Shown: positions 50,174 through 60,308, counted from the stretch's first letter. The stretch: 64,000 nt of DNA from Gemmatimonadaceae bacterium (GCA_045803545.1 JBJMOW010000005.1:128001-192000), one strand, 5' to 3'. Numbers and translations are program-made. Notes: generated by a model not told the origin, from the letters alone.

Positions 50174-51556
50174 ATGTGTGGAATCTTCGGCATTTACGGA
50201 CACGATAACGCGGCAGCGATGACGCACTTGGGACTTTACTCACTGCAGCATCGCGGGCAGGAGTCCACTGGAATCGTCGCTACCGACATCGAGCTTGGGG
50301 CGCGCGCACTCAAGAAAATGGGTTTGGTCTCCGAGGGGATCAGCGCCACCGACGCCCAGAACCTGCGCGGTGATATCGCGATTGGCCACACTCGTTACAG
50401 CACGGCGGGTTCCTCGACGATCGAGAACGCGCAGCCCGTTTTGGCGCGCGTGAAAGACGGCCACATCGCGCTCGCGCACAATGGGAATCTCACCAACGCG
50501 AGTGAGCTGCGACGGGAGCTCGAAGATGCGGGCTCGATCTTCAGTTCGACCATGGATTCTGAGGTGTTGGTACACAGAATGGCGCGCTCGACGTCGGAGA
50601 AGCCTGAAGCGCGTCTGGCAGATGCGCTGCAAGGCGTCGAGGGTGCGTATTGCCTGGTGGTGGTTGTCGGCCGGACGTTGCTCGCTGCGCGCGATCCTCG
50701 CGGCTGGCGCCCATTGGTGATGGGGCGGCTCGGAGATGCCGTCGTCTTCGCGTCCGAGAGCTGCGCGCTCGATCTGCTTGGCGCGACGCTCGAACGAGAG
50801 ATAAAGCGTGGAGAGATTGTCGCCGTCGACAGTGATGGAGTGCGCTCCATTTCTCCGCTCGAGCAGAAAGAATCCCGCAAGTGCGTCTTCGAATTCGTCT
50901 ATTTCTCGCGACCGGATAGCTACGTGTTTGGCGGCTCGGTCGACCGTGCCCGCCGAGAGCTCGGCCGCAGACTGGCGCGCGACTTCCCCGCTCCGAATGC
51001 CGACCTGGTCTTCAGCGTTCCGGACTCATCGAACTCAGCGGCGCTTGGCTTCGCAGAACAGTCCGGGCTACCGCTGGAGCTCGCCCTCATTCGCAATCAC
51101 TATGTTGGACGGACCTTCATTCAGCCGACCCAAACGGGTCGCGACGCAAAAGTAAGAGTCAAATACAATGCGGTCCGCGAGGTGCTCAACGGCAAGAGCG
51201 TAGTGATGGTGGATGACTCGATCGTTCGCGGCACCACCACACGCGGTCTGGTGAATATGGTCCGCGCTGCCGGCGCAACCGAAGTGCACTTACGGGTCAG
51301 CTCTTCGCCAGTGACTGGCCCATGCTATTACGGCATCGATACTCCGACGCGCGAGGAGTTGATCGCCGCGAACATGAGCATCGAGGAGATTACTCAGCAC
51401 GTTGGCGCGGATACCCTCGGCTACTTGTCGCTCGACGGTATGCTGGAGTCGGTGCCCAGCGGCCCCGAAGGCTTTTGCCACGCCTGCTTCTCCGGTGACT
51501 ACCCAACGCCGCCACCGGCCGATCCCGAGAAGCTGCGCTTCGGTTGTGGCTGCTGA
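50174..51556 (+). CDS. purF: Amidophosphoribosyltransferase
   Basis: N-terminal MCGIFG, QHRGQE, HNGNL, VDDSIVRGTT, Fe-S Cys motifs. Confidence 0.98.
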   Translation: MCGIFGIYGHDNAAAMTHLGLYSLQHRGQESTGIVATDIELGARALKKMGLVSEGISATDAQNLRGDIAIGHTRYSTAGSSTIENAQPVLARVKDGHIALAHNGNLTNASELRRELEDAGSIFSSTMDSEVLVHRMARSTSEKPEARLADALQGVEGAYCLVVVVGRTLLAARDPRGWRPLVMGRLGDAVVFASESCALDLLGATLEREIKRGEIVAVDSDGVRSISPLEQKESRKCVFEFVYFSRPDSYVFGGSVDRARRELGRRLARDFPAPNADLVFSVPDSSNSAALGFAEQSGLPLELALIRNHYVGRTFIQPTQTGRDAKVRVKYNAVREVLNGKSVVMVDDSIVRGTTTRGLVNMVRAAGATEVHLRVSSSPVTGPCYYGIDTPTREELIAANMSIEEITQHVGADTLGYLSLDGMLESVPSGPEGFCHACFSGDYPTPPPADPEKLRFGCGC

Positions 51557-51564
51557 CGGATACG

Positions 51565-54228
51565 ATGCCGCAGGCAGTCTACTTCTTCGGCAACGGTTCA
51601 GCCGAGGGGACGCGAGACATGACGAGCGTCCTCGGCGGCAAGGGAGCGAACCTCGCCGAGATGACCAATCTCGGTGTTCCTGTACCTCCAGGATTCACGA
51701 TCGCGTGCAGCGAGTGCATCGAGTACCTGCGTAGCGGGAAGTATTCCGACAAGCTCCGCGCGGAAATCGAAGGCAATGTCGCGCGGCTCGAGCAGGGGAC
51801 GGGAAAAAAGCTCGGCGATCCAAAAAATCCTTTGCTTGTCTCCGTGCGATCGGGCGCGCCGGTATCGATGCCGGGCATGATGGAGACCATCCTCAATTTG
51901 GGTCTCAACGATCGATCGGTGGTCGGGCTCGCCGAGCAAAGTCAGAATTCGCGCTTCGCTTACGATTCGTATCGCCGGTTCATCCAGATGTATGCGAATG
52001 TCGTCCTCGGCGTACCGATGGCAGACTTCGAGCATCTGCTCAAAGCGAAGCGCATGACAGCCGGTGTCAGCTCGGACGCTGAGCTCGGTGAGACTGACCT
52101 CAGAAATCTCGTCGAGGAGTACAAGGCAGTCGTTCGCAACCGCACCGGCGAAGAGTTCCCGCGCGATCCTGTTGTGCAGCTGTGGGGCGCAATCGAAGCC
52201 GTCTGGAAGAGCTGGACTCTCAAGAAGGCACGTGATTACAGGAAAGTGAACGGGATCGCCGAGGATCTCGGCACTGCCGTCAACATCGTGGCGATGGTGT
52301 TCGGTAACCTCGGCGACGATTCGGGAACCGGCGTCGCGTTCACGCGCAATCCATCGACAGGCGAAAAGAAGTTTTACGGCGAGTTTCTCGTCAATGCGCA
52401 GGGAGAGGACGTCGTCGCCGGAGCACGCACTCCGCTCGACATCGACGAGATGGCGTCGAGGCTGCCCGAAGCGTATCGCGAATTGCTCGAGACGCAGCAG
52501 CGCCTCGAGCAGCATTACCGGGACATGCAGGATCTCGAATTCACCGTCGAGCGCGGCAAGCTGTATCTGCTGCAAACCCGCAGTGGAAAACGCACCGCCG
52601 CGGCAGCGGTGCAGATTGCGCGCGACATGGTGTCTGAAGGACTGGTCGACAAAACCGAAGCCGTTAAGCGCGTGCCGGCCGCGCACCTCGATCAGCTATT
52701 GCATCCGATCATCGACCCATCGATCAGCGCGACGCCCCTGTGTTTGGGACTGCCCGCGAGTCCGGGCGCCGCGAGTGGTCGCGCCGTCTTCGATCCGGAC
52801 ACCGCCGAGGTGCGCTCGCACTCGGGAGAGAGCGTGATTCTCGTGCGCGAGGAAACGACACCCGAGGATTTTCACGGCATTGTCGCAGCTCGTGCAGTGC
52901 TGACCGCACGAGGTGGCATGACCAGCCACGCTGCCGTCGTTGCACGCGGTATGGGCAAGTGCGCCGTCGTCGGGTGCAAGGACATCGACGTCGATGCCGA
53001 TCACAGGCTGTTCAGGGTCAACGGCACGCAAATAGTCGAAGGCGATTGGCTTACTCTGGATGGAGCAACCGGCCGCGTGTTCGCCGGCGACCTCTCGACG
53101 ATCCCCAGCGAAGTCGTTCGTGTGACCAGCGGCGCGTTGAGTCCGTCTCAGGCGCCGCTTTATCGTTCCTACGCCGATCTCCTGAGTTGGGCGGATGAAC
53201 TGCGCCGTCTCAAAGTGCGCGCGAATGCAGACACTCCGCGCGATGCGCGCATTGCGCGCAGCTTCGGCGCGGAAGGCATCGGCTTGTGCCGGACCGAGCA
53301 CATGTTCTTCGAAGGAGACCGCATCACGGCGATGCGCGAGATGATTGTCGCGCGTGAAGAAGGTGGCCGCCGTCGCGCGCTGGCCAAGCTGCTGCCGATG
53401 CAGCGTGGCGATTTCGAGGGAATCTTCGAAGCAATGGACGGCCTGCCCGTAACTATTCGTCTGCTCGATCCGCCGCTACACGAGTTTCTTCCGCACGGCG
53501 GCGAAGAGAGCAAGCTTCTCGCCCGTACTCTCGATATGCCGCGCGCAGATCTCAACCGCATCATCGAGTCCCTGCGCGAGACGAATCCGATGCTGGGCCA
53601 CCGTGGTTGTCGACTGGGTATTTCTTACCCGGAGATTACAGAGATGCAGGCACGCGCGATTCTCGAAGCGGCAGTTCGTGCCATGAGGCGCGGGATCGTC
53701 GTCAAACCGGAGATCATGATCCCACTCGTCTCTACCGTTAAGGAATTCGAGAATCAGCGCGCTATCATCGAGGACGTCGCCGAGAAGGTCCTCGGCGGAA
53801 TGGGTGAACGCGTCACCTATCTGATCGGCACGATGATCGAACTGCCGCGCGCAGCGCTCACAGCGGCACAGATCGCGCAGTCTGCAGAGTTTTTTTCGTT
53901 CGGTACCAATGACCTTACGCAGACGACAATGGGCCTAAGTCGGGACGATGCGGGCAGGTTCCTTCCTTCTTACATTGATCGGGGTATTTTAGCGGACGAT
54001 CCTTTTCAGGTGCTTGACACCGAAGGGGTAGGAAGACTCGTAAGGATCGCAGCTGAGGAGGGACGCAGAGTTCGTCCAAATATCAAGTTGGGGATCTGCG
54101 GCGAGCATGGCGGCGAGCCGCGCTCCATTTCTTTCTGCCATCAAATCGGTCTCGATTATGTATCGTGCTCTCCGTTCAGAATTCCAATCGCGCGCTTAGC
54201 CGCCGCTCATGCCGCTCTTGACGCGTAA
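51565..54228 (+). CDS. ppdK: Pyruvate, phosphate dikinase
   Basis: LGGKGANL, GGMTSHAAVVARG (phospho-His), LCRTEHM, SFGTNDL, GICGEHGG. Confidence 0.98.
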   Translation: MPQAVYFFGNGSAEGTRDMTSVLGGKGANLAEMTNLGVPVPPGFTIACSECIEYLRSGKYSDKLRAEIEGNVARLEQGTGKKLGDPKNPLLVSVRSGAPVSMPGMMETILNLGLNDRSVVGLAEQSQNSRFAYDSYRRFIQMYANVVLGVPMADFEHLLKAKRMTAGVSSDAELGETDLRNLVEEYKAVVRNRTGEEFPRDPVVQLWGAIEAVWKSWTLKKARDYRKVNGIAEDLGTAVNIVAMVFGNLGDDSGTGVAFTRNPSTGEKKFYGEFLVNAQGEDVVAGARTPLDIDEMASRLPEAYRELLETQQRLEQHYRDMQDLEFTVERGKLYLLQTRSGKRTAAAAVQIARDMVSEGLVDKTEAVKRVPAAHLDQLLHPIIDPSISATPLCLGLPASPGAASGRAVFDPDTAEVRSHSGESVILVREETTPEDFHGIVAARAVLTARGGMTSHAAVVARGMGKCAVVGCKDIDVDADHRLFRVNGTQIVEGDWLTLDGATGRVFAGDLSTIPSEVVRVTSGALSPSQAPLYRSYADLLSWADELRRLKVRANADTPRDARIARSFGAEGIGLCRTEHMFFEGDRITAMREMIVAREEGGRRRALAKLLPMQRGDFEGIFEAMDGLPVTIRLLDPPLHEFLPHGGEESKLLARTLDMPRADLNRIIESLRETNPMLGHRGCRLGISYPEITEMQARAILEAAVRAMRRGIVVKPEIMIPLVSTVKEFENQRAIIEDVAEKVLGGMGERVTYLIGTMIELPRAALTAAQIAQSAEFFSFGTNDLTQTTMGLSRDDAGRFLPSYIDRGILADDPFQVLDTEGVGRLVRIAAEEGRRVRPNIKLGICGEHGGEPRSISFCHQIGLDYVSCSPFRIPIARLAAAHAALDA

Positions 54229-55411
54229 GCTGGCGCGCCAGCGCCATGTGGAGCTGATGCCGGCTGGATCGCTGCCGATGGCACGCGTCCAGCATGCACG
54301 TCCATTACGCATCGCACTTGTAACCGAATACTACTACCCGCATCTCGGCGGCATCTGCGAGCACGTGCACTTCTTTGCCCGCGAAGCGCGGCGATTCGGC
54401 CATCAGGTCGACATCATCACGTCGAACATTCCTGGTGCGCGGCCTGAAGCGCATGTTGTGCGCATCGGCAAAAGCCAACCGGTTTACGCGAATGGCTCGC
54501 AGGCGCGTTTCACGTGGGGATTCGAGCTGCGTAAGACCCTGCGACGCGTTTTCAGTCTCGGCCAGTACGACATCGTTCACGTGCACTCGCCACTGAGTCC
54601 GGTGCTGCCGGTGCTGGCAATCGAAGAAGCGGATTGTCCGGTCGTCGGAACGTTTCACACCTACTTCGACAATTCAGTCGCCTATGCCATCGGGCGGCGA
54701 TACTTCCAGAAGCGGCTCGATCAGCTCGCAGCCGCGATCGCTGTGTCTCACTCGACAACGATCGCGCTGAACAGATACTTCGAAGCGAATTGGACGATCG
54801 TTCCGAACGGAATCGATACCGACGTCTTCAATCCGCACGTTCCCCGCCCTGCCGCACTCCGCACCGATGTTCCGGTGATTCTCTTCCTCGGCAGATTCGA
54901 TCCGCGCAACGGTCTCACGACGCTGATCGAGTCGTTCCGTAAAGTTCGCGGCAGAAATCGACAGGCTCAGCTCGTTGTCGTTGGCGATGGACCGCTGCGT
55001 AAGCACTACTATCGAGCGGCAGGTGGCGATCCGGACATCACTTTCGTCGGCTCAGTACTCAGCGGACGACCCGGGTATTACGCGCACAGCGCCATGTACG
55101 CGTGTCCCACCACGAAGGCGTCCTTCGGCATCACCCTCCTGGAATCCATGGCCTGCGAGACTCCTGTCGTCTGCTCGGACATCTACGGTTTCCGCGACGT
55201 GGTGAAGCACGAGCGTGAGGCACTAATGGTGCACTGTGGCGATCAGGAAGCGCTCTCTGATTCGCTTGTCCGACTCCTCGACGACGAGACGTTGAGAGCG
55301 AGACTCGGCAAGCGCGGTCGCCAGGAGGCTCAGCAATATTCCTGGGCGCGCGTCAGCGAAGCGGTACTCGACATTTATACAGCGGTATTGGGGCGGGCCA
55401 CACACGAATGA
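54209..55411 (+). CDS. GT4 family glycosyltransferase (PimA-like; start uncertain)
   Basis: YPHLGG, HVHSP, VPNGID, FLGRFDPRNG, SFGITLLESMAC. Confidence 0.88.
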   Translation: MPLLTRKLARQRHVELMPAGSLPMARVQHARPLRIALVTEYYYPHLGGICEHVHFFAREARRFGHQVDIITSNIPGARPEAHVVRIGKSQPVYANGSQARFTWGFELRKTLRRVFSLGQYDIVHVHSPLSPVLPVLAIEEADCPVVGTFHTYFDNSVAYAIGRRYFQKRLDQLAAAIAVSHSTTIALNRYFEANWTIVPNGIDTDVFNPHVPRPAALRTDVPVILFLGRFDPRNGLTTLIESFRKVRGRNRQAQLVVVGDGPLRKHYYRAAGGDPDITFVGSVLSGRPGYYAHSAMYACPTTKASFGITLLESMACETPVVCSDIYGFRDVVKHEREALMVHCGDQEALSDSLVRLLDDETLRARLGKRGRQEAQQYSWARVSEAVLDIYTAVLGRATHE

Positions 55412-56097
55412 TCGGTTTTGCCTTGATCGGAGTCTCTGTGATTGGAGGCGTCATTCACGGCGCATTCCATCGCAACAGCGTCGTATTTGGACCGACGCTC
55501 GGGCGCATTCCAAGCGATCGCAAAGTTGTCGCGCTGACCTTTGACGATGGACCAAATCCTGACGCGACGCCGATCATTCTCGACACCCTCCGTGAGAAGG
55601 GCGTCCGCGCCACATTCTTTGTGCTCGGCAGTCACGCTGAGCGTTGGCCGGAGCTGGTGCAGCGCATCTCGCACGAAGGCCATCAACTTGGCAATCACGG
55701 CTACTTCCATCGCAAGCTCCACTTCAAGAGTCCGTTCTACGTCAGCCGTGACATCAAGCTGGGAATCCGTGCGATCAAGCGCGCTGGCGCGCCTGCGCCG
55801 CAACTCTTCCGCGCTCCTCATGGATTCCGCAGTCCGTGGACTACTCCGATCGCCAGCTCGTACGGTGAAAGAACAGTGGGATGGTCACTCGGTGTATGGG
55901 ACAGCGATCGACCCGGCGCTGAGGAAATCGTTCGACGGACTCTCGAGGGCGTCGAACCCGGCTCGATCATTCTGCTGCACGACGGCGATGGTTACAATCC
56001 GGACGGAGATCGGATGCAAACAGCGACTGCGCTGCCGATCATCATCGACCGTCTGAAAGAACAAGGCTACGAATTCGCGACGCTTCCTACTGAATGA
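55408..56097 (+). CDS. Polysaccharide deacetylase (CE4/NodB) with N-terminal anchor
   Basis: TFDDGP, HGYFH, FRAP, LLHD. Confidence 0.92.
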   Translation: MIGFALIGVSVIGGVIHGAFHRNSVVFGPTLGRIPSDRKVVALTFDDGPNPDATPIILDTLREKGVRATFFVLGSHAERWPELVQRISHEGHQLGNHGYFHRKLHFKSPFYVSRDIKLGIRAIKRAGAPAPQLFRAPHGFRSPWTTPIASSYGERTVGWSLGVWDSDRPGAEEIVRRTLEGVEPGSIILLHDGDGYNPDGDRMQTATALPIIIDRLKEQGYEFATLPTE

Positions 56098-57188
56098 GCC
56101 CTAAGCTGAAGAAGGGGATTCGCTGGGGCCTCTCCGCGGCGATCCTCGTCTTCCTCATTCTTTTCGCCCGCACAATTGATTGGCACGCCGCGTGGAGCTC
56201 GATGCGGCACGCATCGCTGCCACTGCTCGCGGCAGCCATCGGCGTCAACCTTCTCTCTGTCATCATCAAGTCGGTCCGCTGGTGGTTGTTTCTGCGGCCC
56301 ACGGGCATCACCTCTCTTCCGCTCGCCATCCGCGCTACCGTCGCGGGCGCCGGCCTCAACAACATTCTCATCGCCAGTGGTGGCGATGCAGCGCGCGTCG
56401 TATTCGTATCGCGCGCGACCGGCGTAACAAGCTCGACGGTCCTCGCGACGATGGCGCTCGAGCGGTTGTTCGATCCAATCGGCTTCGTGTTCCTGCTTGT
56501 TTTCGGCGTGCTGGTGTTCGAGCTGCCTGCACAGTTCGAGGCGTGGAAAGTTCCCGCCGAAATACTTCTCGGTGTGATCGTGTTGGTGCTGGTGTTTTTC
56601 GTATACGCGACGCGTCGGATGAAGCCGGAGCACGTGCCGGAGCGCCGTGCAAAGCCTCGCACTCTCAAGGAAAAGATCCGCGTCTACTTCACGACGTTTG
56701 GGAGGACAGCGGGAAGACTGGCAACCGGACCGCGGTTCGTGGCCGCGATACTATTGTCTCTCGCCTCGTGGGCGTGTCAGCTGTGGACATTCGAGCTGGC
56801 CGCGGCCGCGGCGCACGTCAACATGCCACTTGCTGGTAGTCTCGCGTGTCTGCTTGCGATCAACGTCGGGCTGATCCTCCGCGCGACGCCCGGCAACGTG
56901 GGATTTTTTCAGTTCGCGTATGCTTTGATGGCAGAGCAGTTCGGTGTCTCGCGTGACAACGCAATCGCAGTTTCCCTGCTCATCCAAACGCTGCAGATAC
57001 TTCCGCTGACCTTGCTCGGGGTCGCCCTCGCCCCCGAGTTCATTCTGCGCCGCGGCAAGAGGGATGTGGAAACTGAGAAAGTTGCGAAGACGATCGAAGA
57101 GGAGAGGGCAACGCACGTCGGTCCGTTGTCCACCGCCGACGAAGTTTTGACACGCGCTGGCAAAGCCGGCGTCGTTTCGAAAACCTGA
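56094..57188 (+). CDS. Lysylphosphatidylglycerol-synthase-TM / UPF0104 putative flippase
   Basis: Multi-TM protein with RW, GGDAAR, ERLFD and TPGNVG motifs. Confidence 0.85.
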   Translation: MSPKLKKGIRWGLSAAILVFLILFARTIDWHAAWSSMRHASLPLLAAAIGVNLLSVIIKSVRWWLFLRPTGITSLPLAIRATVAGAGLNNILIASGGDAARVVFVSRATGVTSSTVLATMALERLFDPIGFVFLLVFGVLVFELPAQFEAWKVPAEILLGVIVLVLVFFVYATRRMKPEHVPERRAKPRTLKEKIRVYFTTFGRTAGRLATGPRFVAAILLSLASWACQLWTFELAAAAAHVNMPLAGSLACLLAINVGLILRATPGNVGFFQFAYALMAEQFGVSRDNAIAVSLLIQTLQILPLTLLGVALAPEFILRRGKRDVETEKVAKTIEEERATHVGPLSTADEVLTRAGKAGVVSKT

Positions 57189-57189
57189 G

Positions 57190-58485
57190 TTACAACTGAG
57201 CGCGCTGCAGGAAGCGAATGAATTCGGATGGATCGCGCGTCAGGCCTGAGAAGGTCGCGCGAATCTTCCCTTCCCCATCGACGATCGCGTAAAGCGGCAA
57301 GGCGACGGTTCCAAAGCTTTTTTCCTGAAATGCCTGCTGCTTCTCGTAGACTGGTCCTTCTCCGTCAGTGTACAGACGCGTGAGCACGAAGCGTTTGAGC
57401 TCCGCACTGACGTCCGGCCGGTTGAAGATATTGGTTTCCATCCAGCGGCAATTGGTGCAGGTGTAACCGGTAAAGTCGACGAAGACCAGCTTGCCCGATG
57501 TACGCGCGGAGCCGAGCGCGCGCGGGTAATCGTTTAGAATCCACGATTCCGCGCCGAGACTCGAACTCGAGACACCAGCAGCTGGAAGTCTCGGTGGGAG
57601 AAAAGCCTCGAGCTGCTTAATCGGTTTGCCGCGCACACCGGTGCCGAGCCAGATCGCAACCGACAGCGCAAGCACAACCGGCACGAGAGCGCGGACGCGC
57701 CGCGGGGATGGCTCGACGGTCCGCACACCTTTGCGCGCGAGATAGCCGGCGGCTACCAGCGCCAGTCCCACCCAAAGAGACAGCACGACTCCGCGAGTGA
57801 AAACCCCCCACCCGAGAACGAGGTCGGTGTTGGAAGCGAACTTGACTGCAGCCGCTACCTCGAGGAGTCCGATCAGCACACGCAGAGTTCTGATCCATTC
57901 GGCGCTGCGTGGCAAACGAGCAACGTATCTCGGGCCAACGGCAAGTAGCACAAAAGGAATGGCGAATGCCGTGGAGTAAACGAGCATCCCAACAACGGGT
58001 GTGAACCACGCTCCCTTCGCCGCCAGGACCAGCAGCGTTCCGACGAACGGCGCGGTACACGTTACGGATGTCAGGGTGAAGGTCGCGCCCATTAGCAGCG
58101 CGCCGAGCGAGCTGTCGCGCGAAAACTTCTGAGCGGATTTCTCCGCCGCCGTCAAGACTCGCCACGGAAGTCGCAGCTCCAGCCAGCCAAAAAGATTGGC
58201 CGCGAAAATAACAAATAGCCCTGCAAGGATCAGATTGACCGCAGGATCAGCAGCGAACCTCGTCAATCCCGAGGCGCCGAACACCGCCGCGAGTACGAGG
58301 CCAAGCACTGTGAACGTCCCGACGATGCCGAGACCGAACAAGAGGACTGCGGTGAAGCCGGACCGCCCGCGCTGATTATCCGATGAGAAGTACGCGACCG
58401 TGACAGGAATCATCGGGAAGACGCACGGCGTCAGCAGCGACAGAATTCCGGTGCTTGCCGCGAGCCACAGAAACGGCGCGCTCAT
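57190..58485 (-). CDS. DsbD-like protein (CcdA TM domain plus thioredoxin domain)
   Basis: LTPCVFPMIP, TCTAP, FTGYTCTNCR. Confidence 0.9.
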   Translation of the reverse strand: MSAPFLWLAASTGILSLLTPCVFPMIPVTVAYFSSDNQRGRSGFTAVLLFGLGIVGTFTVLGLVLAAVFGASGLTRFAADPAVNLILAGLFVIFAANLFGWLELRLPWRVLTAAEKSAQKFSRDSSLGALLMGATFTLTSVTCTAPFVGTLLVLAAKGAWFTPVVGMLVYSTAFAIPFVLLAVGPRYVARLPRSAEWIRTLRVLIGLLEVAAAVKFASNTDLVLGWGVFTRGVVLSLWVGLALVAAGYLARKGVRTVEPSPRRVRALVPVVLALSVAIWLGTGVRGKPIKQLEAFLPPRLPAAGVSSSSLGAESWILNDYPRALGSARTSGKLVFVDFTGYTCTNCRWMETNIFNRPDVSAELKRFVLTRLYTDGEGPVYEKQQAFQEKSFGTVALPLYAIVDGEGKIRATFSGLTRDPSEFIRFLQRAQL

Positions 58486-58965
58486 CTACCTGATGCTGAC
58501 CTGGAGCGTGACGTGTAGGGTGTCAGTGCGCGGCGGCAAACACAGCTTGTCGCTGCACACCTGATAGCGCGCCGTCACCTGCACCTGCCGCGCGCCTCTC
58601 ACCGTCCGGCCCGGAACGGCTAGAGGGATCGTGAATCGCGGACTGCCGGAGTAAAGCTCGGTCGTCATTCCGAAATTCTTGTCGAAGTATTTTTCCGGCT
58701 TCGGCCCTTTAACAACGCCCCGCACCGCAACATCGCGGGCGCCTTGCACTGCGATGCTGAGGGGAATGGGTCCGCCAGTCCGTTGCGTAAGCGAATAGAT
58801 GTGCCAGCCCTTGGCGATGTCGGCCTGAACAGTCACCGGAATCGCCCGCCCGGCAATTACGGGGCGCGGCGCGTTACCGCCGACAAGGCTCCACTTGACG
58901 GGCTTTAGCGAGAGTGAGCTGGCCGCCAGCATAGACGGCGCGAGAAGCAGGATGAGCTTGGGCAT
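58486..58965 (-). CDS. Stand-alone DsbD N-terminal (Ig-like) domain protein
   Basis: Signal peptide, GWHIYS, YQVCSDKLCLPP. ATG at 58965 downstream of TATAAT. Confidence 0.85.
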   Translation of the reverse strand: MPKLILLLAPSMLAASSLSLKPVKWSLVGGNAPRPVIAGRAIPVTVQADIAKGWHIYSLTQRTGGPIPLSIAVQGARDVAVRGVVKGPKPEKYFDKNFGMTTELYSGSPRFTIPLAVPGRTVRGARQVQVTARYQVCSDKLCLPPRTDTLHVTLQVSIR

Positions 58966-59079
58966 TGCTATCCAATTATAACCCGATGGGCGCGATCCCT
59001 GCGTGCCTGCAGAAGCCGCTAGACTCTGATACCGCGGCCTTACCTGAGGTTCGCGAAACAGCATTGTCAGGAGGTTTTC

Positions 59080-59652
59080 GTGAGCCCGCAGGAGCACGTT
59101 CCCTGGTTCTTCGACGGCTGGTACTTCGTCGGTCGCTCGGCGACCCTCGCCTCCGTCGGGTTCATCGCCCTCATCATTATTCTGCGTTTCTCCGGCAAAA
59201 GAACGCTGTCGAAGATGAACGTCTTCGATTTCGTTTTTGTGGTAGCTGTCGGCTCTGTTTTCGCGGCCGCGATAATCGAAAAGGACGTCACGTTGGTTGA
59301 GGGATTGGTGGCATTGACGACCCTCGTTGTCGTCCAGACCATTCTGGCAGCGATCGCCGCCCGCTCGGAAAGATTTGAAATATTGCTCAATGGCGAGCCG
59401 ACCCTACTATTGTCTCACGGCAGATTCCTGCATCGAGCGATGAAGAAGGAACGCATCACCGAGGAGGAAGTCAGAGCCGCCATCAGAGAACAAGGTATAA
59501 CGCGAGTGGAAGATGTCGACGCCGTCGTAATCGAAAACGATGGCAGTCTGACAGTCGCGTACAATCGCAAGAATGCTGGTGGCAGCAGCCTGGTCGACGC
59601 CACAACCCCTGATAAGCATGAGCGGTCGCAAAAACACCGAAAGAAGGGCTAA
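59080..59652 (+). CDS. DUF421/YetF family membrane protein
   Basis: RFSGKRTLSKMNVFD, GEPTLL, IENDGSL. GGAGG RBS. Confidence 0.9.
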   Translation: MSPQEHVPWFFDGWYFVGRSATLASVGFIALIIILRFSGKRTLSKMNVFDFVFVVAVGSVFAAAIIEKDVTLVEGLVALTTLVVVQTILAAIAARSERFEILLNGEPTLLLSHGRFLHRAMKKERITEEEVRAAIREQGITRVEDVDAVVIENDGSLTVAYNRKNAGGSSLVDATTPDKHERSQKHRKKG

Positions 59653-59713
59653 CCGAATAGCTCGACGGTTCATGATTTGCGATTGATTCAGTTCCCTCTT
59701 CGCAAGCCGTCGC

Positions 59714-60100
59714 GTGCAGCTTCAGACCGCAAAGAACTCGGGCTATCGGACATTCCTGGACGCGCGTGGCCGTCGGTGGGAAGTCTGGATGGTGCATCCA
59801 TCGTCCATTGAGCGGCGCAAGATGGAGCGACGCTCCCCGGTCGAGAATGCCGTGTTTCTTATCGAGCAGCGGGTGCTTGGCGATCGACGCTCGCATCTGG
59901 GAACGCGCGGGGCGGTCGCCACCCAGTACAGCAACGGCTGGTTGTGCTTCGCCAGCAATGGCGAGAAGCGGCGTCTGGCGCCGGTACCGGTCAACTGGGT
60001 CAGCGCCCCCGACACTCAAGTCGCCGAGTGGTGCAGGATCGCAACGCGCGTCCTCAAGTGCGGCCCGGTCTGGGATCCAAGCGACGACGAAAGCATCTAA
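59714..60100 (+). CDS. Hypothetical protein with GWLxF..EKRRLxPxPxxW motif and Arg-rich insert
   Basis: RTFLD..GRRWEVW, ERRKMERR, GWLCFASNGEKRRLAPVPVNW. Confidence 0.75.
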   Translation: MQLQTAKNSGYRTFLDARGRRWEVWMVHPSSIERRKMERRSPVENAVFLIEQRVLGDRRSHLGTRGAVATQYSNGWLCFASNGEKRRLAPVPVNWVSAPDTQVAEWCRIATRVLKCGPVWDPSDDESI

Positions 60101-60308
60101 AACCTGCGGTGTTGCGGGCACGCAACGCTATCGCGCCCCGTTGCGTCGCTGCACATCGCGGCTCGCTTCCCTGAGGGCGTAAACCCCCAATACATATGGT
60201 CCCCGACTTGCCCACGCCCTAGCCTGGCGCGAAGCTGCGGTGCGCGCGCCACTGGGTCGGAACCGGTCGGTACCCGGCGCAGTCGGTTAGGACCGCTGGA
60301 AAGGTTAT

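Noticed and set aside
53890..54228. Internal promoter in the A/T-richer 3' end of ppdK (TTGACA at 54014)
   Set aside because: No -10 box at 16-18 nt spacing, and the composition shift was judged only by eye.
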